Below, piece after piece: positions 17,035 through 24,214 of a DNA stretch of 24,214 nt. Numbering within the stretch: position 1 is the first letter of the stretch; each line of letters begins with the position of its first letter. The notes under the pieces were generated by a model that saw only the letters and a program-made list of their open reading frames with translations, had not been told where the DNA came from and did not search any database. Both the position numbers and the translations under genes were made by a program. The DNA comes from Spirochaetota bacterium (GTDB taxonomy: Bacteria > Spirochaetota > Spirochaetia > Treponematales > Treponemataceae): assembly GCA_022704725.1 (NCBI GenBank), contig JAKJFV010000002.1, forward strand, positions 1 through 24,214, read 5' to 3'.

Positions 17035-19023
17035 ATGCTTAAAAAAGGTTCTGTTGTTTCCTACAAAAAAAATCCTGCTGTTATTATAGAAGCAGGAGAT
17101 AAATTTACTATTGAGTATCCGCAATACCCTGCAAAAAAGGGCGGAAAAATTACCTATGCAACGCAAAGTGTACGGTCAAAGGACGTAGTATTTTTACATG
17201 AGGGTCCCATCCCTTCTGTAAAGAACATTGCTGAACAAGCCTTCTGTAATTCCGAAATTCATAAAACTGCAGCTGCTCTAGAAGAATGCTGGGAGCTTCT
17301 TGTTTCAGATGAGTCAACACAAGATGAAACGCTTACAATACAGGACCTGGGTGAATTATCTACAGGAAGCTATGAAGCAATGCAGTCTTTCCATCTCTAT
17401 AATCTTCTTATAACCCTTCCTTTTTTTACACAACTTGCAGCTGAGGATCAAAAACTTCCTCAATTTACCCCTCTTTCACCGGAAAAGGTTGCAGTTTTAA
17501 AAGCCAAAGAAAATGAAAAAGAATTTGAAGCCCAAAGAAGACAGGAATTCATAGGCAGACTAAAAAGCAGAAAGATTGATCCTTCCCTTGACAGCCAGTT
17601 CATGCAGGAAATTGAAGCATTAGCTCTCGGTAAAACTGATAAATCTAAATTTTTAAGTGAAGCAGGTCTGTCTGAAACACCGGAATCGGCACACTCTATA
17701 TTACTGCAGACAAACTATTGGCCCTTATCAAAAAATCCTCATCCATCCCGGTTTGGTCTTTCTATGCAGTCTTCACAGGAAACCCTCTCATCGCCTCCAG
17801 AAGAAGAAAGAGTTGTACTTAATCACAGAGCATTTGCAATCGATAACAAATGGAGTACCGATCCTGATGATGCTGTTGCATTTGACGGAACCTATATATG
17901 GATACATGTTGCAGATCCTGCATCAACCGTAATACCCGATAGCGCAATAGACATAAGTGCAAGAAACCGCGGATCAACCCTCTATATACCCGAAGGTGCG
18001 TCGCGCATGCTAAGTGAAGAATGTTTGGAAGATTATGCACTGGGACTTTCAAGAAAGTCAGATAAATCCAGCATCTCCGCATACAGCGATATTAATACTC
18101 CAATGGAGCAAAAAGGAACGGTCTCACGAGCGCTGTCTTTTAAAATTCTCCTTGATGCTGCAGGGGCGATTGATGAGGTAGAAGTTTTAAAAACCCTGGT
18201 TGAAATAAAGCGGTTAAGTTATGATTATGCCGACACCATTAAAGACCTTCCAGAAATTGCACCGCTTTTTGCAATAGCACAGAAGAATATTGAAAGAAGA
18301 AAAAAGGCTGGAGCTGTTTTTATAGAACTGCCGGAAGTCAGCATACATGTAATTAAAGACGGCGAAGGTCTTCCGTCGGCAGTGATTTCTGAATCCAATA
18401 AAACAGAATCCTCTGCAGTAGTGAGAGAATTTATGTTATTGGCAGGAGAAGCAGCCGCCCGTTTTGCATTTAAAAACAGCATACCCTTCCCCTTTGTGAG
18501 TCAGGATGCACCGGATATACCCAAAGAACTTCCTTCAGGACTTGCGGGTCAGTATAGACTAAGGCGCTGCATGAGAAGCCGCTCTGTGGGTGTAATACCG
18601 TCCCAACACGCCGGTCTTGGAATAGGCATGTACAGTCAGGTAACAAGTCCTTTGCGCAGGTACGGGGATCTTGTAGCGCATCAGCAATTACGTTCGTTTA
18701 TAGATAAAAGAACGCTTCTTTCAAAAGATGAGGTTCTGGAACGAATCAGTGCAGGAGACGCTGCGGCATCCGCAACGGTAAAAGCCGAAAGGAAGAGCAA
18801 TCTCCATTGGACGCTGTTTTTTTTACTTCAGAATCCTGAATGGAAAGGTACAGCTGTTGCTGTTGAGGATAAAGGAAAACAGTTTGTTTTTTTAATTCCT
18901 TCTTTAGGTCTGGAAACTATTCTTATTCCTTCCAAAAAAGTACAGCTTAACGATGAAATCGAGGTTAAACCAGGCAAAATTAATATAAGTGAATTGACCG
19001 TGTCATTTATGCAAGCAGATTAG
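17035..19023 (+). CDS. RNB-domain 3'-5' exoribonuclease (RNase II/R family)
   Basis: Catalytic AIDNKWSTDPDDAVAFD, WIHVADP, RGSTLYIPEG, EFMLLAG and YSQVTSPLRRYGDL, with a short S1-like C-terminus. Start moved to ATG 17035 (MLKKGSVV) on promoter position. Confidence 0.9.
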   Translation: MLKKGSVVSYKKNPAVIIEAGDKFTIEYPQYPAKKGGKITYATQSVRSKDVVFLHEGPIPSVKNIAEQAFCNSEIHKTAAALEECWELLVSDESTQDETLTIQDLGELSTGSYEAMQSFHLYNLLITLPFFTQLAAEDQKLPQFTPLSPEKVAVLKAKENEKEFEAQRRQEFIGRLKSRKIDPSLDSQFMQEIEALALGKTDKSKFLSEAGLSETPESAHSILLQTNYWPLSKNPHPSRFGLSMQSSQETLSSPPEEERVVLNHRAFAIDNKWSTDPDDAVAFDGTYIWIHVADPASTVIPDSAIDISARNRGSTLYIPEGASRMLSEECLEDYALGLSRKSDKSSISAYSDINTPMEQKGTVSRALSFKILLDAAGAIDEVEVLKTLVEIKRLSYDYADTIKDLPEIAPLFAIAQKNIERRKKAGAVFIELPEVSIHVIKDGEGLPSAVISESNKTESSAVVREFMLLAGEAAARFAFKNSIPFPFVSQDAPDIPKELPSGLAGQYRLRRCMRSRSVGVIPSQHAGLGIGMYSQVTSPLRRYGDLVAHQQLRSFIDKRTLLSKDEVLERISAGDAAASATVKAERKSNLHWTLFFLLQNPEWKGTAVAVEDKGKQFVFLIPSLGLETILIPSKKVQLNDEIEVKPGKINISELTVSFMQAD

Positions 19024-19090
19024 AGCCCTTACAAAAGTCTGTTAACTTTCTCAAGCGGCTTCATTAGTTTATTAAATATTTTATTGAAAA

Positions 19091-19119
19091 AAAAACACGC
19101 CTTTTAAGGGCGTGTTTTT
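19091..19119. terminator. Bidirectional intrinsic terminator between RNB gene and ABC ATPase
   Basis: Perfect 11-bp inverted repeat aaaaacacgcc (19091-19101)/ggcgtgttttt (19109-19119). The A9 run on the left gives a U-tract for the minus strand and T5 on the right for the plus strand. Confidence 0.9.
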
Positions 19120-19139
19120 GTTAACAACCTGATATAAAA

Positions 19140-20252
19140 TTATTCAGATTTTACAACTTCACAAATTGTAAGGTCAGTTTCTCTATCGAAGAACTTAGCT
19201 TTTTCCATCTGTGGAGTAAAGTTAGCAGTATCACCGATCTGGAACTTATTGTCAGGAGCAGTGATTGCTATTACAGATTGTGTCTTTGTATTAAGATGCA
19301 GGTGTGTTTCAGCACCGAGCGGCTCAATAACAGAGATCTTCATCTGCATATTGTTGTTTGGAGTTGGAGTTTTTGTATAAACAAGGTCTTCCGGACGAAT
19401 ACCGAAAGATACTTCTTTACCAATATAGCTCTTAAGAGTTTTAGCCTGATCTTCAGTCGGGGTCATTTCAAATGAACCTTCATCTGCAATAAGCTTTCCG
19501 CCCTTTTCAACAATTTTTACGGTGAGGAAGTTCATGGGAGGTGATCCGATGAAACCTGCAACGAATTTGTTAATTGGATGATTGTACAAGTACAATGGTG
19601 AACCAATCTGCTGGATCTTTCCGTCTTTCATTACAACGATTTTGTCTGACATAGTCATAGCTTCAATCTGATCGTGTGTAACATAGATCATTGTTGCCTT
19701 TAATCTGTGATGAAGATCAGAGATTTCGGCACGCATCTGAACACGGAGTTTAGCATCAAGGTTAGAAAGAGGTTCGTCGAAAAGGAAAACCTTCGGGTTA
19801 CGAACAATAGCGCGTCCTACAGCAACACGCTGACGCTGACCGCCGGAAAGAGCCTTTGGTTTGCGGTCAAGAAGCTTTTCAATATCGAGGATACGTGCAG
19901 CTTCATTAACACGGCGTTCAATTTCTGCTTTGTCTGTCTTACGGATTTTTAATCCGAATGCCATGTTGTCATAAACACTCATGTGCGGATACAAAGCGTA
20001 GTTCTGGAATACCATTGCAATATTACGATCTTTTGGCGGAACATCATTCATCAATTCACCATCGATGTAAAGTTCACCTTCTGTAATATCTTCCAAACCT
20101 GCAACCATTCGGAGAGTTGTTGATTTACCGCAGCCTGATGGTCCTACAAATACAACAAATTCCTGATCTTCTACAACGATGTTTGCGTTATCTACTGCGC
20201 GAACGTTACCGTCATAAACCTTACCAATACCTTTAAGTTCAACTTTTGCCAT
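19140..20252 (-). CDS. MalK/MsmX/UgpC-family carbohydrate ABC transporter ATPase
   Basis: Walker A GPSGCGKST, Q-loop VFQNYALYPHM, signature LSGGQRQ, Walker B FLFDEPLSNLD, H-loop YVTHDQ, and a TOBE C-terminus. SD AAGGAGG (20270-20264) precedes ATG 20252. Confidence 0.96.
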   Translation of the reverse strand: MAKVELKGIGKVYDGNVRAVDNANIVVEDQEFVVFVGPSGCGKSTTLRMVAGLEDITEGELYIDGELMNDVPPKDRNIAMVFQNYALYPHMSVYDNMAFGLKIRKTDKAEIERRVNEAARILDIEKLLDRKPKALSGGQRQRVAVGRAIVRNPKVFLFDEPLSNLDAKLRVQMRAEISDLHHRLKATMIYVTHDQIEAMTMSDKIVVMKDGKIQQIGSPLYLYNHPINKFVAGFIGSPPMNFLTVKIVEKGGKLIADEGSFEMTPTEDQAKTLKSYIGKEVSFGIRPEDLVYTKTPTPNNNMQMKISVIEPLGAETHLHLNTKTQSVIAITAPDNKFQIGDTANFTPQMEKAKFFDRETDLTICEVVKSE

Positions 20253-20289
20253 AAAAAGCAAAGCCTCCTTATATTATTTTATAAACCCA

Positions 20290-20318
20290 ATTATACCTTC
20301 TAAAATAGCATCTGTCAA
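20290..20318 (-). promoter_or_regulatory. Perfect-consensus sigma70 promoter of the ABC ATPase (leadered)
   Basis: TTGACA (20318-20313), 17 nt, TATAAT (20295-20290). 37 nt to the ATG, including SD AAGGAGG. Confidence 0.85.
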
Positions 20319-21079
20319 ATAAAATTATGAAAAAAAGCAGCAATTTTGTCGAACAAAGGTGTTAATAGAACAAGAAGTACGATTATCAGTATTGAGGGAA
20401 GAAAATTTGCGGTTTTAATCTTTCGAAGGTGCAGTAAATTAATACCAATCATGACAATTATAGAACCCCCGACGCCCGTTAGTTCTTTAAGCATTATATC
20501 ACTGACAAAGGGAGATACAAACTGGGAAAGAAGCGTAAGCAGGCCCTGATAGATAAATATTGATACAGCAGAAAAGGCGGTTCCTAATCCCATTGCTGCA
20601 GCAAAGGCGATTGACATAAAACCGTCTAAAACAGATTTTGTAAAAATAATGCTGTAGTCATTGTTTATTCCTGCCTGAAAAGATCCTAATACTGCCATTG
20701 CGCCCACACAAAAAAGGACAGATGCATTTAAAAAAGCATAGGCAAAATTTGATTTTACAGGCGGCATTTCCGGATCTGCCAGAGTTACCGAAGGACCTTT
20801 TTTGTTTTTTGAAATACCTTTTTCTATCAGCGTTCCAAGAGAAAGTATTTTACCGTCAATATCTGCCGCACTGCCGAGAATTCCACCGATTATGAGGGAT
20901 AATGTAAGAAAAATAACATTCTGATACGAAAAAGCCATTTGTACACCAAGAACAATAGTAACAATACCTGCCCCGGTACTAATTACATCGGATAATTCAC
21001 TTGTAATTTTTTTTGCAAATAATAAACCAATAATCGAACCAATAATTACTGCTGCGCAGTTTACAAATACCGCTATCAT
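20315..21079 (-). CDS. DUF554 (YdfK/YqgA-like) membrane protein
   Basis: VFVNCAAVIIGSIIG, LFCVGAMAVLGSFQAG, KSVLDGF, ELTGVGG, KIKTANFLPS; multiple TM segments. Confidence 0.88.
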   Translation of the reverse strand: MIAVFVNCAAVIIGSIIGLLFAKKITSELSDVISTGAGIVTIVLGVQMAFSYQNVIFLTLSLIIGGILGSAADIDGKILSLGTLIEKGISKNKKGPSVTLADPEMPPVKSNFAYAFLNASVLFCVGAMAVLGSFQAGINNDYSIIFTKSVLDGFMSIAFAAAMGLGTAFSAVSIFIYQGLLTLLSQFVSPFVSDIMLKELTGVGGSIIVMIGINLLHLRKIKTANFLPSILIIVLLVLLTPLFDKIAAFFHNFI

Positions 21080-21085
21080 GCAGCG

Positions 21086-21114
21086 ATGGTAGAGTTAATA
21101 CGCAAAATTGTCAA
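21086..21114 (-). promoter_or_regulatory. sigma70-like promoter of DUF554 gene (leaderless)
   Basis: TTGACA (21114-21109), 17 nt, TACCAT (21091-21086), 6 nt, then ATG 21079. No SD. Confidence 0.78.
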
Positions 21115-21176
21115 TCATTATACCGCCTTATCAGTCTAAAATTTTATTTTGATTACTTTTATCTAAAACAAAATAC

Positions 21177-21205
21177 TAGATTAATTATTAAAATAAAATT
21201 ATACT
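21177..21205 (+). promoter_or_regulatory. Candidate sigma70-like promoter of M16 peptidase pair (leadered)
   Basis: TAGATT (21177-21182), 17 nt, TATACT (21200-21205). About 70-nt leader with SD AAGGAG (21270-21275). The region is very AT-rich, so chance matches are possible. Confidence 0.5.
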
Positions 21206-21281
21206 CATTTCCATAATAAAATGCTAATTTGAAGAAGTTATAGTACTCCCTCATTTTTGCCATTAATTTAAGGAGTGAATT

Positions 21282-22733
21282 ATGAAAAAGTACGTTACGA
21301 AACTGCTTTTGCTGGTATTCCTTTTTACTTCATTTACCGCCGCAGCGCAGGAAACGAGTGAAAAGGGATTGTATCATTATGTTTTGGATAACGGTCTTGA
21401 ACTGTTTGTGATGGAAAACCACGCAGCCCCTCTTGCCTATATAGAAATAGCAATACGTGCCGGAGGAATAAGCCAATCGGAAAAAAATGCAGGATTATTT
21501 CATCTATATGAACACATGATGTTCAAAGGGAATACAAAGTATAAAACAGCAGCAGCGGTACAAAGAGCTTTGAAAAACCTTGGAGTTGCTTCATGGAATG
21601 GAAGCACGGCTAACGAGTTTATCAATTATTTTTTTACAGTTCCATCTTCAAGTTTAACAGAGGGTCTTGAGTTTTGGTCTTATGCAGTGCGTGATCCTCT
21701 TCTTGATCCAAATGAATTGGAAAATGAAAAAAAAGTTGTCATATCGGAGATATCAGCCTACCACAGCAATCCTAACTGGATTTTACAGAGTGCAGTGTTT
21801 AGTACTATTTTTTCCGACGAACCTTGGAAGCTCGATCCAGGGGGAAACAACGATATAGTCGCTTCTGCCACGGTAGAAGATTTAGTAAACATTAAAAACA
21901 GCTTTTATATTCCAAATAATGCTGCCCTTTTTGTCGGCGGAGATGTTAATCCTGATGATGTATTTAAAAAGGTTAAAAAAATCTACGGATCCTGGGAAAA
22001 AGGAATTGATCCATGGGAACATGATACAACTGTTAATTCTACTATTGATAAAACGATATATCTCGTACAGCCCCATCCTCAAGTATCGCCGCAGATAGCA
22101 CAGGTCATGGCCTACTATAGAGGTCCGGATATTACACGCGACAAGGAATCAACCTATGCAGCTGATATGTGGAGCGCTTTTGTTAATGCTCCCGCAGGAC
22201 GTTTTGAACAGAGTCTCATTGCAAACCCGTCTTTTGCTATTCCAAATGCTGATTATCTTTCTACCGGCTACCTGACATCAAGACACCACAGCATCATTCA
22301 GTTTACTGCAATTATGCTCTCTCCGGAGCAAATGATAGGACAGCGTGCTGCTTATTTTGCACAGGTTTTAAGCGATGAAATAGCTTTACAAATTGTCGAA
22401 GAACCGGATTTTTTCTCTGAATCAGATTATAAAGATCATCCGATCGGCCCAAGAGACAGCCAAATTCTGCGCGCACAACGCCCGGAATCCTACATGCAGA
22501 ATATTCGATACTGGTGGGCTGTAGCAGATACTGAATACTATTTTACTCATGATAAACTTACCGATTCCATAACACAGAAAGAAATATCACAGTTCTCATC
22601 TTCATACCTTTTGAAAAAACCAGCTGTTGTTGTGGTACTTATTAATCCGGATCTTTATGCTCAGCAAAAAAGTGATTATGATGCGTTGGGTTACAAAGAG
22701 ATTACGTCAGATTCTGCATTTTGGTGGAAATAA
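21282..22733 (+). CDS. M16 (insulinase/pitrilysin) zinc peptidase, catalytic subunit, secreted
   Basis: HxxEH as GLFHLYEHMMFKG (nt 21501-21515), NGST and ELENEKKVVISE. Sec/SPI-type signal ending TAAA|QE. Confidence 0.92.
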   Translation: MKKYVTKLLLLVFLFTSFTAAAQETSEKGLYHYVLDNGLELFVMENHAAPLAYIEIAIRAGGISQSEKNAGLFHLYEHMMFKGNTKYKTAAAVQRALKNLGVASWNGSTANEFINYFFTVPSSSLTEGLEFWSYAVRDPLLDPNELENEKKVVISEISAYHSNPNWILQSAVFSTIFSDEPWKLDPGGNNDIVASATVEDLVNIKNSFYIPNNAALFVGGDVNPDDVFKKVKKIYGSWEKGIDPWEHDTTVNSTIDKTIYLVQPHPQVSPQIAQVMAYYRGPDITRDKESTYAADMWSAFVNAPAGRFEQSLIANPSFAIPNADYLSTGYLTSRHHSIIQFTAIMLSPEQMIGQRAAYFAQVLSDEIALQIVEEPDFFSESDYKDHPIGPRDSQILRAQRPESYMQNIRYWWAVADTEYYFTHDKLTDSITQKEISQFSSSYLLKKPAVVVVLINPDLYAQQKSDYDALGYKEITSDSAFWWK

Positions 22734-22745
22734 AGGGGAGTTTAT

Positions 22746-24149
22746 ATGAAAAAAATAATTATTTTAGCAACAGCAGCACTGCTGTTTACATGCTGCACTT
22801 CTGTAAAACAGACATCACCGTCTGTTTCAGAAACCTATTTTGAAAAAAATGCTTCATCGTTCGAAGTTATGTATTTAGAGAACGGAATACCTCTTATTGT
22901 TAAACAAAATGAAAACCAGCAGGTAGTGTCTCTTTCTATTATGATTGAAGGAGGGAATGCCCTGCTTGATCCTTCACAATCAGGTATAGAAAATATGACT
23001 CTTTCTATGATGACAAGAGGCTCGAGCGGATATACTTATGAAGAAATACAAAAACAGCTGCATTTTACACAGGGAAGCATTTCAGGCTATACGGCAAACG
23101 GGTATTCCTATTTTTCTCTTAACTGTATAAATCATCATTTTAGTAATCTTTTTTCAATTTTTTCAGATGCTTTTTTAAATCCCAGTTTCACCGAGAAGGA
23201 ATTCGGGAACGTTAAAAATGAAAATATTCAGACTCTTCAAAGCATAATGAACGATCCCTTCTCTCTTGCCCAATACAGCGCAGAACGGACTGTATATAAA
23301 AATCATCCCTTTGAAACTGATATACGCCCTACTTATGAAACAATTCAGACAGTATCACTTGATCAGATCAGCGATTTTCATAAAACCCTTTTAAATTCAA
23401 AGAGAATTACAATTGTTGCCGCAGGAAATTTTGATCCTGAATATTTGAAAAAAAGACTAAATGCAGCTTTCTTTGTTCTACCTTCACAGGATTACGTAAC
23501 CCCTCTTATCCCTCAGGTAACAATTTCCGGAGATCCTGTAATTATGTCTCATCCGTCTGCAGCCGGGACAGGGTTTCTTGTTAAGACGTATCCCTTCCCT
23601 CAATTCAATGATTTAGATTACATGCCCTCGCTGCTGGCCTGTACAATTTACTCAGAAACTTTATTCAATATTGTACGTGAGAAATACGGAGCCTGTTATT
23701 CAATAGGAAATACACCAGTTTTAAGCAAAGCTCCCTATATGATGCTCTATGTTAATAGTGCAAGTGATATTGAGAATATGCCGTCGTACATTAATGAGGC
23801 ACAAAGTCTTATGAGCGAAGGGAAGGTTATTGATTCAAAAAATCCGGAAACAAATGAGTTTACCTATTTAACGTTAGAAGAAACACTTGAAGGATACAAA
23901 AACTCGCTTATTAATTCACTTTTTTCAGCCTATATTACCTCTTCCGGGGAAGTTACTCAAATTATGGGAAGCCTCCACTTAACAGGCGAAAAGGAAGCGT
24001 ATCTTAAATTACTAAAAAGAATAGAAGATGTAAGCGCCGATGATATTCGCCGTGTTTTTAATTCCTACTGGATTAATTCATCCGGACAATGGTTTATTGT
24101 AACGGGTCCTGAGAATGCAGATAAGGTTCCTGTAGAATTATATAAGTAA
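22746..24149 (+). CDS. M16 peptidase non-catalytic subunit, probable lipoprotein
   Basis: M16 fold motifs (LENGIPLIV, GIENMTLSMMTRG) without HxxEH; R/Y motif VREKYGACY (nt 23673-23699). N-terminus MKKIIILATAALLFTCC resembles a spirochetal lipobox. SD GGGGAG. Confidence 0.85.
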   Translation: MKKIIILATAALLFTCCTSVKQTSPSVSETYFEKNASSFEVMYLENGIPLIVKQNENQQVVSLSIMIEGGNALLDPSQSGIENMTLSMMTRGSSGYTYEEIQKQLHFTQGSISGYTANGYSYFSLNCINHHFSNLFSIFSDAFLNPSFTEKEFGNVKNENIQTLQSIMNDPFSLAQYSAERTVYKNHPFETDIRPTYETIQTVSLDQISDFHKTLLNSKRITIVAAGNFDPEYLKKRLNAAFFVLPSQDYVTPLIPQVTISGDPVIMSHPSAAGTGFLVKTYPFPQFNDLDYMPSLLACTIYSETLFNIVREKYGACYSIGNTPVLSKAPYMMLYVNSASDIENMPSYINEAQSLMSEGKVIDSKNPETNEFTYLTLEETLEGYKNSLINSLFSAYITSSGEVTQIMGSLHLTGEKEAYLKLLKRIEDVSADDIRRVFNSYWINSSGQWFIVTGPENADKVPVELYK

Positions 24150-24157
24150 AAATAGAT

Positions 24158-24192
24158 AAGGCGCCGTACATTAAAGTATAAGGCGCCTTTTT
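24158..24192 (+). terminator. Intrinsic terminator after M16 pair
   Basis: aaggcgcc (24158-24165) pairs with ggcgcctt (24182-24189), running into T5 (24188-24192), 8 nt after the stop codon. Confidence 0.75.
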
Positions 24193-24214
24193 CTTACAAT
24201 TTTACTTTATTTTA

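Noticed and set aside
1549-19095. A7-A9 homopolymer tracts as phase-variation sites (e.g. 1549-1556, 7917-7923, 14693-14700, 19087-19095)
   Set aside because: Such runs are common at this AT content, and all host ORFs are in frame. Only the one in the shared lepB/fumarase spacer is mentioned as a possibility.
21140-21200. 11-bp perfect inverted repeat aattttatttt/aaaataaaatt in the DUF554-M16 intergenic region
   Set aside because: It is pure A/T in a highly AT-rich tract with a 39-nt gap, so it is likely chance. It cannot be supported as an operator without conservation data.
21245-21276. Anti-SD hairpin (actcc pairing with ggagt) as an RNA thermometer or riboswitch for the M16 genes
   Set aside because: Only 5 contiguous pairs with a long loop, too weak to call.
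1341-22082. All other 60-102 aa track ORFs nested in or antisense to long genes (e.g. 1341, 2071, 2535, 3807, 4215, 4454, 6429, 6554, 8396, 8501, 8643, 9241, 10555, 13658, 15696, 16136, 17657, 17819, 18225, 19278, 19707, 20346, 20698, 21667, 21882)
   Set aside because: They lie almost wholly within motif-supported CDSs, have no recognisable domains, and are of the length expected by chance.
24156-24187. 10-bp direct repeat ataaggcgcc
   Set aside because: It follows from the palindromic ggcgcc in both arms of the terminator stem. There is no evidence of an insertion-site duplication.
1-24214. Mobile elements, prophage, defence systems, tRNA/rRNA, frameshifted pseudogenes
   Set aside because: No transposase, integrase, nuclease-effector or structural RNA signatures were seen. 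Genes tile the window with short gaps and intact catalytic motifs.

Overview
A dense, AT-rich bacterial chromosomal segment. Gene content and protein style (spirochete-type lipobox, long LepB, MalK/MsmX) suggest a Treponema-like spirochete; this is inference. It holds 20 CDSs. These are the 5' part of a chemosensory operon (cheW, degenerate cheW-like, cheB, and a CheR-TPR gene that the ORF track missed and that runs off the left edge), lepB, class I fumarase plus a stand-alone Hpt, tatD, a 72-aa hypothetical, rlmI-like/miaA/GT2, a beta-propeller/Y_Y_Y sensor adenylate cyclase, lysC-dapB, an RNB ribonuclease, an orphan sugar-ABC ATPase, DUF554 and a two-gene M16 peptidase pair. I found no rRNA, tRNA, CRISPR array or mobile element. 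The most striking non-gene signal is promoter architecture: eight apparent unit-leading genes have a sigma70-like -35/17 bp/-10 promoter only 6-9 nt upstream of the ATG, which implies pervasive leaderless transcription. Other candidates for new biology are a non-flagellar (ACF/Wsp-like) chemosensory system, a translationally coupled MiaA-paralog plus soluble GT2 pair, an HTCS-type sensor wired to a cAMP cyclase, a plant-like aspartate kinase, and a lipid-anchored heterodimeric M16 protease. All protein calls come from motif recognition by eye; no searches were run.
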